A DNA stretch of 64,000 bases from a virus: positions 32,001 to 96,000 of the IMG/VR virus record IMGVR_UViG_3300023184_004167. One strand, given 5' to 3'. Made by a program: the position numbers and the translations under genes. Below are positions 8,785 through 18,423 of this stretch, in pieces. Positions within the stretch are counted from its first letter, which is position 1. Each line of letters opens with the position of its first letter. The notes beneath the pieces were generated by a model. The model worked only from the letters and a program-made list of their open reading frames with translations, did no database searches and was not told the origin of the DNA.

Positions 8785-9261
8785 TTAGTTTTGGACGAAC
8801 GCCTTGTCCGCCCAAGTTTTAGCCCCCATTCTACCCCACAATTCCATATCACACATATCAGGGAATGATTGTCTCATATCACCCACAGTCAACACATCCA
8901 AAAACCCTTTATCAATTGAATACCACTTACCACCTTTGGTTGTAAATACGTTCACCCAAATTTCACGTCCATCCTCATAAACAAGTTTAACTTGAATGTT
9001 AACCAAAGAATTTTTCTTGAACCCTGAAATCATTTCTTTCGGTGTTGTAGTCCAATCAGAAATATTTACAAATCCTGCTTGACATTTGTTAGCAATACGG
9101 AACTCATACTCCTTGTTTTCTTTAATGTGATTTGAAACCATAATACTACAAGGTTTTCCTTTAACCATAGTCTTATATGTTCCGTAGAATACGTCACCGG
9201 ACATTGTCCCGGTTGTAAGGTTAATTACTGATGTTGTTGGGGTGGTGGTAGTTGTTGTCAT
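8785..9261 (-). CDS. hypothetical early protein with a poly-Thr N-terminus
   Basis: 158-aa ORF directly downstream of a host-type promoter. Confidence 0.75.
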   Translation of the reverse strand: MTTTTTTPTTSVINLTTGTMSGDVFYGTYKTMVKGKPCSIMVSNHIKENKEYEFRIANKCQAGFVNISDWTTTPKEMISGFKKNSLVNIQVKLVYEDGREIWVNVFTTKGGKWYSIDKGFLDVLTVGDMRQSFPDMCDMELWGRMGAKTWADKAFVQN

Positions 9262-9283
9262 ATATTTGATTGTTTTGTGAATA

Positions 9284-9314
9284 CAAAGATAAGGATAATT
9301 TCATTACCACCAAA
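9284..9314 (-). promoter_or_regulatory. Bacteroidota sigma-70-type promoter (early)
   Basis: TTTG-N19-TATCTTTG on the minus strand. Confidence 0.7.
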
Positions 9315-9360
9315 ACTTTTTTTGAAAGTTTAAAGAATTAGAAAATATCTAAAAAAAGGA

Positions 9361-9717
9361 CTAATAATCAACAATTCTTACAAGAATACCCAATTTTACA
9401 CACAAATCAATAGAACTCTTACTGCCTTTCGAGACTCCATCCCAAAATGCGACAACCATATCACAATTTTTTACAATATCTTGGTTTCTTCTGAACCCGG
9501 CGGACTTACCATACTTATCCCACTCAGGTTTAAATATTAAGGTTGGGATGTTATTTTCTTTAGCCCATTGTTCTCCAAGTGTATCGGCACCCTTAGCACC
9601 ACCACTAACAACAAGTTCGCAATTAAGTTCGTTATCCCTATTGAGATAATCACCCATCACTTCTTTAACTAACTCATAGTTATTAAATCCCCTACTTCCT
9701 ATTATTCCTACTTTCAT
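9361..9717 (-). CDS. SLOG family protein (YspA/DUF2493-like)
   Basis: IIGSRGF, VVSGGAKGAD, AGFRRN and AFWDGVSKGS motifs. Confidence 0.8.
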   Translation of the reverse strand: MKVGIIGSRGFNNYELVKEVMGDYLNRDNELNCELVVSGGAKGADTLGEQWAKENNIPTLIFKPEWDKYGKSAGFRRNQDIVKNCDMVVAFWDGVSKGSKSSIDLCVKLGILVRIVDY

Positions 9718-9729
9718 AATTAATTAATT

Positions 9730-9927
9730 TTAAATGTGCCATCCACCATCACTTCCTATATCAATAAGAGATACTAACATAAAGAGCAGATACATTACTA
9801 CCATCCCTATATTAAGATTACCTTCTCTCGCCATTGTGTTATTATAGATTACCGCAATAAACATCAACGTTATAAGGATAAAGAAAATAAATTTATACAT
9901 AAGTTTCATTATAATATACCTCCCCAC
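9730..9927 (-). CDS. small membrane protein
   Basis: Two hydrophobic helices. Confidence 0.5.
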   Translation of the reverse strand: MGRYIIMKLMYKFIFFILITLMFIAVIYNNTMAREGNLNIGMVVMYLLFMLVSLIDIGSDGGWHI

Positions 9928-10093
9928 TTGAAATTAACACATCATTATCCCAATATGCGTCATAGTTTTTGGGGTCATTTTTTGCATCTATTATCTCTTG
10001 CTTGTGCAACTTATTAGCATACATAATCATTGCTTCTGTGGGGTGGTAGTTAACTTTCTCTAATTCAGAGAGAAACCATTCTATGCTATTCAT
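9893..10093 (-). CDS. hypothetical protein (SIEW...HKxEIIDA...YYxET family)
   Basis: Paralogous to 10106..10447. Confidence 0.65.
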   Translation of the reverse strand: MNSIEWFLSELEKVNYHPTEAMIMYANKLHKQEIIDAKNDPKNYDAYWDNDVLISSGEVYYNETYV

Positions 10094-10105
10094 AATTAAT
10101 CTTTT

Positions 10106-10447
10106 TTAGGGTTTATGTAAAAATTTATCTCTACCACAATGTTTACAAATGGTAGCACTACTTGTGTTGGTTGTTGGTTCAAACTGACATTCATCACTTC
10201 CCTTACTACCAAATGTTTCTTGATAGTATTCTTTTCCCGCATCGTCATCACCTAACTTTAGATTTAGATACCCTTTTTCATAAGCATCTATAATTTCAAC
10301 CTTGTGCATTTCTTTGGCTTTATCAAAGTCAATAATAGTTAAACTACAATTTTGGCTTATATATTTTTCTTTTAACCATTCTATTGATGTTTGTTTCATT
10401 GTGCGATTATTTAATGCGACCCATTCCTCTTCTGTGTATTTGCTCAT
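10106..10447 (-). CDS. hypothetical protein (SIEW...HKxEIIDA family) with C-terminal Zn-binding motif
   Basis: QTSIEWL, MHKVEIIDAY, YYQETF, then C...CKHC...H. Confidence 0.7.
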   Translation of the reverse strand: MSKYTEEEWVALNNRTMKQTSIEWLKEKYISQNCSLTIIDFDKAKEMHKVEIIDAYEKGYLNLKLGDDDAGKEYYQETFGSKGSDECQFEPTTNTSSATICKHCGRDKFLHKP

Positions 10448-10449
10448 AA

Positions 10450-10836
10450 CTATATTTTTTCAGGTGATTTAAATTTATTCTTTAACCAGTTCTTAACCCT
10501 AATGGGCATTTCCGAATGCAATGAACCTTCAATCTCAGCAAATATGTCATCCCAAGTTTTATCATTACACAGAGCCAATGTGCCTTCTATTTCAGGATAT
10601 TCTGGTCTAATCAGTTTTGCAACTTTAATCACCTCTTCCATACCCTGCTGATAAAAATCCTCTATCTCAAACTCCACTTCTTTACCTTCAAATTCAGATA
10701 CAGGAGTATTAAGAACCATCACCATTTTTAATTCATCTTGATATGGATGTATGTGATAGTATGTATGTTGGAAGTTGGTACTCACAGGATGTCTTACCAC
10801 CCAACCTTGTTCTGTTTTATATAATTTTCCTTTCAT
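10450..10836 (-). CDS. hypothetical protein (MKGxL...GKEVEF family)
   Basis: Paralogous to the next gene; shared PEYPExEGTLxLCNDK. Confidence 0.7.
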   Translation of the reverse strand: MKGKLYKTEQGWVVRHPVSTNFQHTYYHIHPYQDELKMVMVLNTPVSEFEGKEVEFEIEDFYQQGMEEVIKVAKLIRPEYPEIEGTLALCNDKTWDDIFAEIEGSLHSEMPIRVKNWLKNKFKSPEKI

Positions 10837-10839
10837 AAT

Positions 10840-11229
10840 TTATTTTTTTTCGGGGACTTTATAGTATAATTTTAACCAATCTATAAAAGATATTGAGTCC
10901 GTAAATGGCCCACCAAATGCTGGATATTGTTCGGTTGAGTATTCTTCATATATTTCATCCCACACCTTATCATTACATAACTCCAATGTCCCTTCAAGTT
11001 CAGGATATTCCGGGTTTATTAATTTAGCATACTCTTTACCCTTACCTGTATAGTGGTCTACTATAACACACCAATCAAACTCAACTTCTTTGCCATTCAA
11101 ATCTAAATCTAATGGTAAAATAGTTTGGTATTCAGGATGTAATGGGCATTCTTTGACTTGAAGCCCTACCCAATGTTCTACTATCCATTGGTTATTTTCT
11201 TTTAATAATGTCCCTTTCATATTATTCAA
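10840..11229 (-). CDS. hypothetical protein (MKGxL...GKEVEF family)
   Basis: Paralog of 10450..10836. Probable start is the ATG at 11220. Confidence 0.7.
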   Translation of the reverse strand: MNNMKGTLLKENNQWIVEHWVGLQVKECPLHPEYQTILPLDLDLNGKEVEFDWCVIVDHYTGKGKEYAKLINPEYPELEGTLELCNDKVWDEIYEEYSTEQYPAFGGPFTDSISFIDWLKLYYKVPEKK

Positions 11230-11386
11230 ATTTAGATTTTAAATACTCAATCAAATACTTGGCATATTCAGTCAATAACTCATGTCCCTCAAACACAAAT
11301 ACCTTAACATTATTATCAACAGAGCGTTGATATTCCTTTTTTAATCTCTGATAAGTTACTTTGTCAAAAGATAATGTTCCCGCCAT
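11222..11386 (-). CDS. small hypothetical protein (54 aa, not in ORF track)
   Basis: MAGTLSFDKVTYQRLKKEYQRSVDNNVKVFVFEGHELLTEYAKYLIEYLKSKFE. Confidence 0.65.
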   Translation of the reverse strand: MAGTLSFDKVTYQRLKKEYQRSVDNNVKVFVFEGHELLTEYAKYLIEYLKSKFE

Positions 11387-11388
11387 AG

Positions 11389-11547
11389 TTATTTGTTTAC
11401 TGGTTGATTAATTGATTTCGTTGACCAACGAGGGTTTGTTTCTGCTTCGTGTCTAATAGCCCAAGCTAAAAGTCCGAATCCTGTGAATAGCAATATAAGC
11501 ATTATGGTTGCTTCTACTGGTTTACTGCGTTCTGCTGAGTTTGGCAT
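11389..11547 (-). CDS. small single-pass membrane protein (52 aa, not in ORF track)
   Basis: MPNSAERSKPVEATIMLILLFTGFGLLAWAIRHE...; one TM helix. Confidence 0.55.
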   Translation of the reverse strand: MPNSAERSKPVEATIMLILLFTGFGLLAWAIRHEAETNPRWSTKSINQPVNK

Positions 11548-11600
11548 ATGTTATTTGTTTTAGAATGTAAAAATAGTAATAACTTTTGAAACAAAAAAAT

Positions 11601-12491
11601 TTATTTTATCTCAACATAAAATTCTTGTTTAATTTCTCCCCTCAAATCAGCAATATCACTCTCCACCGGCAATTTAATTAATTTTATTTTATTATATAAT
11701 ACGCCACCATTTATCATATGATATACCTTCAACGCATCCTTATACGCATCCCCATCCAAACATATTGTTATATTACCCTTAGCCTTCTCATATATTGTGG
11801 TAAACAATAAGTCCGACATAAACTTACCCAACATAGGAATACTATTTGGTAAAAATATGGAATCAAAAGCACCCTCACATAAGAATATATCCTTATCCCA
11901 ATCTATTAAGTTTTCATTGAAAATAATCAAATCTTTCTCACAAGGTGGATTTTTGTACTTCATCTTCGCCCTCAAATTCCAAGACCTGGCAATGAAATAA
12001 TTTAATGTCCCTGTGGCGTCATAAGAGGGTATTATAATCCTACCAGAATATTCACCCTTCATAGTGTACCCAATCTGATATTTCTCAATAATACCCTCCG
12101 TAATACCCCTTGATAAGAGATAATTAAGGGATTCCCTATGTGGGGGATAAATGGGGTTGGAATCTTTGAATTGGGTATATCCCTCCGGTAATCTTAACTT
12201 ATTCTTTTTCTTCTCCTGAACTTTTAATTCTTCAGGGCGTATCAACAGATACATCTTCTTCAGTTTCTTATTACCATAATCATCAAACAACTTACCCAAA
12301 GGCCCAGATATCCCGCAACTCCAACAATGGAACACATGCTTCTCTAAACTAACCTCCAAATTACTTTTATTCCTACCTTCATCACATTCAATGCAATTAT
12401 ATCCATACTGCAATTTGCTGTCATATACCTTTTTTGGTTCCCCAAGGACTTCCTCAATAAGTTCTAACACTACTTCTATTTCATCTGACAT
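11601..12491 (-). CDS. dnaG: DNA primase (Zn finger plus TOPRIM)
   Basis: CIEC...HCWSCG zinc finger, RIIIP, KYKNP, CEGAFD, CLDGD and final D motifs. Confidence 0.88.
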   Translation of the reverse strand: MSDEIEVVLELIEEVLGEPKKVYDSKLQYGYNCIECDEGRNKSNLEVSLEKHVFHCWSCGISGPLGKLFDDYGNKKLKKMYLLIRPEELKVQEKKKNKLRLPEGYTQFKDSNPIYPPHRESLNYLLSRGITEGIIEKYQIGYTMKGEYSGRIIIPSYDATGTLNYFIARSWNLRAKMKYKNPPCEKDLIIFNENLIDWDKDIFLCEGAFDSIFLPNSIPMLGKFMSDLLFTTIYEKAKGNITICLDGDAYKDALKVYHMINGGVLYNKIKLIKLPVESDIADLRGEIKQEFYVEIK

Positions 12492-12500
12492 AATACAATA

Positions 12501-12962
12501 TTAACAAATTTCAAACGCTTCGTGAACAATCTTTTTAATTGATTTTGAATCTTCCGTGTTTCCAATCACCGCACCATCCTTCAAAGTAAATGCGTGTCTC
12601 TTAACAATCAAGATATAACTACCTGTTGGATACTTTTTGATGAACTGATTAAGAGTTGTTCTTTTCATTTTATTATTCACACTATCGTAACTTCTCAACT
12701 TCTCAACCCCTTTTATTTCTTTGTTATTAAATTTTTCTCCCACGGATTGCATAGTTGCCATTTTACAAGCAACCGACATTGTCCCCTTTCTATTTTTTCT
12801 ACCAAATTTTTCCTTAACCCAAGAATGGGCGGTATCATACGGAGTTTCATAAGCGGATGCAACGGCTCTAACAAAGCAGTCATTACATTCACTTTTAGCG
12901 ATTACAGATTCTGAATAACCAATGATGGCGGTTGATGTTTGTATGTATGGTAATTGTTTCAT
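12501..12962 (-). CDS. hypothetical protein, possible papain/C39-like fold
   Basis: DCFVRA nucleophile-like motif and later YILIVKRHAF...DG. Confidence 0.55.
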   Translation of the reverse strand: MKQLPYIQTSTAIIGYSESVIAKSECNDCFVRAVASAYETPYDTAHSWVKEKFGRKNRKGTMSVACKMATMQSVGEKFNNKEIKGVEKLRSYDSVNNKMKRTTLNQFIKKYPTGSYILIVKRHAFTLKDGAVIGNTEDSKSIKKIVHEAFEIC

Positions 12963-12966
12963 AATG

Positions 12967-12998
12967 TAAAAGTATAAAATAGTTCTGAAACTGCCAAA
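12967..12998 (-). promoter_or_regulatory. Bacteroidota-type promoter (variant)
   Basis: TTTG-N20-TACTTTTA. Confidence 0.5.
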
Positions 12999-13004
12999 TT
13001 TATT

Positions 13005-13346
13005 TTATAAAGTTCTTGCCATCCAATTACATATTGCGTTTGACATAGATACGTTCTTCTTTGACATATTAACCATTTCTTCCTCTGTCATCACATTAAC
13101 ATCCCCATATGATTCAATTTTGTGATTTGGGTTATTGGTATAGACATCCACAATCCCGTTGTCCCCATAAAACTCATTACAGAGGTCTTTAACGGAAAAC
13201 TCATTATTGTGGTGTTGCCAACTTAGGGAGCCATAACACCTTAAACAAGTCACATATAAAAACCCATCAGACGTATCTAATATCTCCTGATAAAGTTTGT
13301 TAGCTTTATTTCTTGCCCTCTCATATTTTTTAATTAACTCTTCCAT
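13005..13346 (-). CDS. hypothetical protein
   Basis: 113-aa ORF. Confidence 0.7.
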   Translation of the reverse strand: MEELIKKYERARNKANKLYQEILDTSDGFLYVTCLRCYGSLSWQHHNNEFSVKDLCNEFYGDNGIVDVYTNNPNHKIESYGDVNVMTEEEMVNMSKKNVSMSNAICNWMARTL

Positions 13347-13354
13347 AATTCAAT

Positions 13355-13528
13355 TTATTTTTTAATTTTCTCGTCATCAATTAAATAAACCGCAATAAAA
13401 AATGCGATATACATCAAAGTCATCAATAACATATTAGTTAATGATATGATATTAATGTCATTATAACAACAAGACATTAAAGTTAAGTAAAGTACTGTAA
13501 TGAAGATAAAAATAAGATTCCGTTTCAT
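13355..13528 (-). CDS. small membrane protein (57 aa, not in ORF track)
   Basis: MKRNLIFIFITVLYLTLMSCC...AFFIAVYLIDDEKIKK; two hydrophobic segments; promoter just upstream. Confidence 0.5.
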   Translation of the reverse strand: MKRNLIFIFITVLYLTLMSCCYNDINIISLTNMLLMTLMYIAFFIAVYLIDDEKIKK

Positions 13529-13547
13529 AATATATTTTTTTATGAAA

Positions 13548-13579
13548 CAAAACTAAACAAAGTTATTTAGATTACCAAA
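13548..13579 (-). promoter_or_regulatory. Bacteroidota sigma-70-type promoter (early)
   Basis: TTTG-N20-TAGTTTTG. Confidence 0.6.
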
Positions 13580-14168
13580 TATTTTTGGATTTTAAATACC
13601 CGAGAGCACAAGTATAAGCGTCAGATGAGTCAAAATTCTCTTTTTTAAGAGTATTATTTTTTGTGTATAACCAAGTGATTTGAGGTTCCCTTTTGGCAAC
13701 TTGTTCCCAAATTAAAACCTTTTTGTCTATATCTTTTGGATACCCACCAAATAAAACAAACTTACCCTTGTCATTCTCTTTGACAAAATGGGGGAATGCA
13801 GACTTGCGAGAATTATATGTAGTGATAAATTCGGGAACAACTCCCAAGATGTCATAAACCTCTTTACATACTAATGTATTAAATCTCATTAACACACCGA
13901 CAGTAAATATATTATTTGAATTAAGTAATGGTTCTTCAATTACCACAGTAGTGATACCCATACCAACATAAGTTTTGATTTTTTCTCTGAAGACTTCAGA
14001 CTTTAACATCAACTCCTCAATCTTACTTTCCGTCTTTACCTTTGGGGAAATATGGGTTAGCTCTAATAATTCTTTTGATTCAATATCAAATAAAGCAATA
14101 CCAATACATTTGGTAGAAACATCTAATCCTAATATTTTTTTTGAATCTTTATTTAAAAATTTGTCCAT
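13572..14168 (-). CDS. ruvC: RuvC-like Holliday junction resolvase
   Basis: ILGLDVST...GIA, VVIEEP, and C-terminal DSSDAY acidic motif. Confidence 0.8.
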   Translation of the reverse strand: MDKFLNKDSKKILGLDVSTKCIGIALFDIESKELLELTHISPKVKTESKIEELMLKSEVFREKIKTYVGMGITTVVIEEPLLNSNNIFTVGVLMRFNTLVCKEVYDILGVVPEFITTYNSRKSAFPHFVKENDKGKFVLFGGYPKDIDKKVLIWEQVAKREPQITWLYTKNNTLKKENFDSSDAYTCALGYLKSKNIW

Positions 14169-14171
14169 ACT

Positions 14172-16424
14172 TTAGAAGTCAATCTTAACCACAAATTGTT
14201 GAATTCCTTGTCTTAATTCAGGTGATTGTAATTTTGATATTACCATCAACTCTTTATTATCATTCAATAAACCTATTTCTGTAACATAAGATGTTGTTCC
14301 TGATGTCCACGTTGGATTTGATGTATTTGTGAATTGGGCTCTCCCAAGAGTAACCAAATATCTCATTTCGTAAATAGTTGCACTTATGTCAGTCTCAATA
14401 TTTCCGTAGAACATAAATTCATCCCCATAATTTAATACATTAGGAGAACCAACTGGTACAACATCCATAAAATTCTCTAAATGGTATGGAACTGCAGAAT
14501 TATAATTACTATCAGAGATTTCAAATGTTGTTCCTGTTATACCACTCATAGTTAAATAATTATTGATTGTAGTGGCACTTAAACTATCCGTAACATCAAT
14601 AATTCTCCACTGAGTTGGGTCTGGTCTTAACGTATCATATCTTTTTTGACAGATGATTTGCATTTTATTTGCAGAGAACCCAGAAAAACTTCCTTGAGTT
14701 AAGTAGGGAAATTCCGCACCAAATCTTATTGCAACATTTTGTGAACTTGTTGTACAACCTGTATCTGGCCCTAGAATTGAACTATAATAATTACAATGTA
14801 ATGAGTTTGTGAATCCTGTTGAATCAAATCTATAAGTCACCCACATTGTTTCAGCAGTTGATGTCATTACGCCCACCGCCAATTGATTATTTGAAAAACA
14901 AGTGTTTGGTGTTAATAAAGATATTTTAGGTGCTGGTAATGTCCAGTTTCTATTTGATTTATAACACATTGAAGCAACAACCTCTTCATCATCAATAATA
15001 ATAATCTGTTGGTCTGGAAACACTTTTCCTATCCTATTCAACATTTTATTGTCGTCAGGATTTGAATCCCACAAATGATAATATCTAATTCCCGGGTCAT
15101 TCATATCACTATTAACATTTGATTTAATATAATAAGGTTTACACAAATCATAATTTACTGGGTCAATATAAAAATCAGCACCTATGGTGGTACCAGTTGA
15201 TTTATGCCACATTAATGTTGGTATACTTAATTTGAAATGACTTGCCAATCCTGTACTTGTTGTCGGATTTTGTGGGTCAAATGGTTGTGTTGCAAATTTC
15301 TCGCCATAAACAAAATCAATATCATTATTTGTGTAATGAATGATTGCAATCGCCTTTTGATTACTTGGTGTTACAACTATTTTTTCATCAAATGAATTAT
15401 AATAAAAAACTTCACTTGTGTCTGTTTGTCCTGTAGGCTCATTATACCCCAATAACTCTTTTGTTCCAACATATGTCTCAGAACCAAAATTAGTATAATC
15501 CTCATAACTCACACTAAATAAACCAGCAGGACTTTCAGTCCAAGGTATATTCATATTCCAAATTAAAGTATTTTCTCTATTAATAACATCACAAGGTGAT
15601 TCAAAATTCAAAGTATCTGTCTGCCAATAAGAATAAGGTGTAATTGTATCATATAATTGTGTCATCCCTGATGGATAAACGTGAACCCTACCATATTGTC
15701 CACTTGATGCCCTATTACTATAGTTAGGTACCGTTCTATCAAGTTCAACAATATATCCACCTGTATAGGCAGTAAGTGATTGTATTTTATATGTCAAAAT
15801 TGGTACAGTATTTATATCATCACATCCACCTATTGTATCATAATAAATCACCACATAATCATTAACCTCAGGACTACCTGTTGTTAAAACACAAAAATTA
15901 TAATCAATATTAATAGTTGTCTGTCCTGACAAGGTACTCATATCAACAAAGTAATTAGAACTAATTGTATATCCTGTTGCGGTATTTACAACCCAACTCG
16001 CCGTTAATCCAGTGGTGAAAAACCCTTTTGAACCCGCCGCATTATACACAGATTCTATCTGACTATCCTCATAAGGAATACCATATGTATTACCATCCCC
16101 ACCATTTACATAATATGGATATTTTACATTTTCTTTGTTTGATTGTGGTGTTCCAGAATCATTTTGAGCGTTAAACCCTGGCATTAAAATGTTATTATTA
16201 ACTTGGTTATAATTGGGAATTGCGGTATAACTAACTTCACTATCCCCTATTTGAAAATAAGCGATATTAAAATTACCTTGTGATATTTTTCTCCTACCAA
16301 CATCCGTAACTCTTGTATTAACTAACCCTGAAGTATTTTTAATTATGTAAGACATCTTTAATAAATATAATTTTATTGATTTTTTATTTTTGTTTAATGT
16401 AATATTATTTATTCCAATATCCAC
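14172..16424 (-). CDS. virion structural protein, baseplate or tail-fibre attachment type
   Basis: N-terminal TDVGRRKI...YFQIGD and C-terminal YVTEIGLLNDNKELMVISKL resemble tail-fibre/baseplate anchor domains. Probable start 16355 (MSYII), just after a TATTTAT motif. Confidence 0.65.
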   Translation of the reverse strand: MDIGINNITLNKNKKSIKLYLLKMSYIIKNTSGLVNTRVTDVGRRKISQGNFNIAYFQIGDSEVSYTAIPNYNQVNNNILMPGFNAQNDSGTPQSNKENVKYPYYVNGGDGNTYGIPYEDSQIESVYNAAGSKGFFTTGLTASWVVNTATGYTISSNYFVDMSTLSGQTTINIDYNFCVLTTGSPEVNDYVVIYYDTIGGCDDINTVPILTYKIQSLTAYTGGYIVELDRTVPNYSNRASSGQYGRVHVYPSGMTQLYDTITPYSYWQTDTLNFESPCDVINRENTLIWNMNIPWTESPAGLFSVSYEDYTNFGSETYVGTKELLGYNEPTGQTDTSEVFYYNSFDEKIVVTPSNQKAIAIIHYTNNDIDFVYGEKFATQPFDPQNPTTSTGLASHFKLSIPTLMWHKSTGTTIGADFYIDPVNYDLCKPYYIKSNVNSDMNDPGIRYYHLWDSNPDDNKMLNRIGKVFPDQQIIIIDDEEVVASMCYKSNRNWTLPAPKISLLTPNTCFSNNQLAVGVMTSTAETMWVTYRFDSTGFTNSLHCNYYSSILGPDTGCTTSSQNVAIRFGAEFPYLTQGSFSGFSANKMQIICQKRYDTLRPDPTQWRIIDVTDSLSATTINNYLTMSGITGTTFEISDSNYNSAVPYHLENFMDVVPVGSPNVLNYGDEFMFYGNIETDISATIYEMRYLVTLGRAQFTNTSNPTWTSGTTSYVTEIGLLNDNKELMVISKLQSPELRQGIQQFVVKIDF

Positions 16425-17289
16425 TCATTCCACCTGATTGTATATACTCCCAATCTGTTGTAAATAAATACAATTTCTTTTCATCAGTATCGTAAACAAT
16501 CATCCCCTCAGTTGTTGTCATTCCAGTTCTTTGTATTGTTGTCATTCTTGGAAATAAAACCCCCTTTGTTGTTGATGAAATGTCTAAAATTGCATTACTA
16601 TCCGGACTATTTGTTCCAATCCCAACATTACCCCCACTTATTGTTAAGGTATCTGGTTGAGTTTGTGATGAAAAGGTAAGTGTGTTTGTACTTAAATCAA
16701 CAATTCTATTCCCTAATAATGTTCCGTCTCCGGTATATAAGGTTGTTGATGATGTTCCACCTGAGGAAGCAAATAACCTCCACCTAGCATTTATTTTGGT
16801 AATACCACTAACACCCTCAATTGTTGATGCCGTCCAAGCATTAACAAATAATGTTCCTTCAGGTGTGTCATTTAAACATTGATACCCATTACCCAAATCA
16901 ATTAATGAACCAGCGCTAACCGCATCATCAAATAAAGTCCTATAATTATCAATCTCATACTGATATGTTAATTGTGTTTCTTGAACATATACTAACATAC
17001 CCAATCTTCTTCTACCACTTGAAATTCCGTCCGATTCTAATCCAACAACATTTGGTGCAGATAAAGTACTATTATTACTATAATTTATTGGTATTGTATT
17101 TCCTGAGAATAAGATGGTACCTGTACTTCCTGATGGTATATAAAAAATTAAATCACTTAAATTAAATACCTCCATATACCCCCCAATATTATACATACTG
17201 AAGTTGGTACCCGTGTTGTTATCTAAATTAACACCTGATGGGCCATAAACAATGACTGATGATATTGGATTTTTATATGAATAACTCAT
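16405..17289 (-). CDS. tail-fibre-like protein with a Flavobacteria-type GNVGIGT module
   Basis: RRRLGMLVYV module plus GNVGIGTNSP...LDISSTTKGVLFPRMT...GMIVYDTD. Confidence 0.65.
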   Translation of the reverse strand: MSYSYKNPISSVIVYGPSGVNLDNNTGTNFSMYNIGGYMEVFNLSDLIFYIPSGSTGTILFSGNTIPINYSNNSTLSAPNVVGLESDGISSGRRRLGMLVYVQETQLTYQYEIDNYRTLFDDAVSAGSLIDLGNGYQCLNDTPEGTLFVNAWTASTIEGVSGITKINARWRLFASSGGTSSTTLYTGDGTLLGNRIVDLSTNTLTFSSQTQPDTLTISGGNVGIGTNSPDSNAILDISSTTKGVLFPRMTTIQRTGMTTTEGMIVYDTDEKKLYLFTTDWEYIQSGGMSGYWNK

Positions 17290-17290
17290 T

Positions 17291-18379
17291 TTATATTAAA
17301 CTTCCCCCTTTAAAATAAATATTGTTTATGTTCTCTAACCTTGATTGAGGTGCGATAAATGTTGAGTAAACTCTGTATATTCCATTAGGTATTCCTGTTC
17401 CTCCTGTGTATTCAAAAGTTAAATCATAGTATGTTGAATTCATATTGGTATTTGTTAATGCATTCGGATTACCAGCACTATTAATACCTATTTGTGACAT
17501 TTTTTGTCCGTTGGTTGCTCCCGTTGAAACTATCCAAGTATACCAACCAAACCCTATTTCTGTGTTCGCAGGAACTTCGTGAGTTTGGAACAAGTATTCA
17601 CTAATCACATTTCCATAACTATCAACACCGCCACTTGTTCTTGATATTGGTGCAATTCTAATTGATGGTACATCAACACTCCATCCTGAATATTGAATAT
17701 ATCTATTAAATTGTTGTTCAAATGTTACCTGACTTGTTGATGGCGCAATACCATTACTATATCCTCTGAAACTACTTCCACCTGACAACATCCAATTATT
17801 AATTTGAGTACTTGCGGTAACCGGTTCAATCAACAAATAAGCCATAAGTGCCGGTAATGTCGGTGTCGGAGTTTGTGTATGTGTCGGAGTTGGTGTCGGA
17901 GTATTTGTTCTTGTTGGTGTATGTGTTGGTGTGTTTGTTGGCGTTTCCGTATTTGTTGGCGTTTGACTTGGTGTTTCATTTGGAGTACCTGTGTTTGTCG
18001 GAGTATTTGTCGGTGTTTCCGTATTTGTTGGCGTTTGACTTGGTGTTTCTGTGTTAGTTGGTGTAATTGACGGAGTGTTGGTTGGTGTTGCAGTGTTTGA
18101 TGGTGTTGGTGTTGGCGTCATAGAACTAGGTGTGTTTGATGGTGTTGGTATTGGGCCACAAACCTCAATATTAGTTGTAATGCACCCGTCGGCATCAACT
18201 ATCTTAACCATAACAATAGGAACACTAGTAAAACCACTAGGTAATAATAAATTTACAGAAGGGGGTACGGTACCAGAAATTGAAGTAATAAATTGACAAT
18301 TATTACCATAGAAATCACAAACATAGATTTGGTAAGGTGATGCTCCACTTATACTTGATATTTGAATTATAGATGCGAT
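17291..18379 (-). CDS. Pro-Thr repeat virion protein with N-terminal SprB-like adaptor domain; probable non-ATG (ATC) start
   Basis: The track ORF starts at 18211, but the frame is open 56 codons further up ([22 protein letters not shown]...) and matches paralog N-termini. In-frame TAA at 18386-18388. Confidence 0.7.
   Translation of the reverse strand: MASIIQISSISGASPYQIYVCDFYGNNCQFITSISGTVPPSVNLLLPSGFTSVPIVMVKIVDADGCITTNIEVCGPIPTPSNTPSSMTPTPTPSNTATPTNTPSITPTNTETPSQTPTNTETPTNTPTNTGTPNETPSQTPTNTETPTNTPTHTPTRTNTPTPTPTHTQTPTPTLPALMAYLLIEPVTASTQINNWMLSGGSSFRGYSNGIAPSTSQVTFEQQFNRYIQYSGWSVDVPSIRIAPISRTSGGVDSYGNVISEYLFQTHEVPANTEIGFGWYTWIVSTGATNGQKMSQIGINSAGNPNALTNTNMNSTYYDLTFEYTGGTGIPNGIYRVYSTFIAPQSRLENINNIYFKGGSLI
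17858..18150 (-). repeat. coding Pro-Thr ([10 protein letters not shown]) tandem repeats
   Basis: Imperfect tandem units visible in DNA and protein. Confidence 0.85.
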
Positions 18380-18423
18380 ACGTTTTTATATATAAATATA
18401 AATGTTTGATATTTAAAAAATAA

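Noticed and set aside
17848-18296. Plus-strand Cys/Trp-rich or Val/Gly-rich ORFs (also 25889..26113 and 53963..54166)
   Set aside because: These are antisense shadows of Pro-Thr or polyproline coding repeats.
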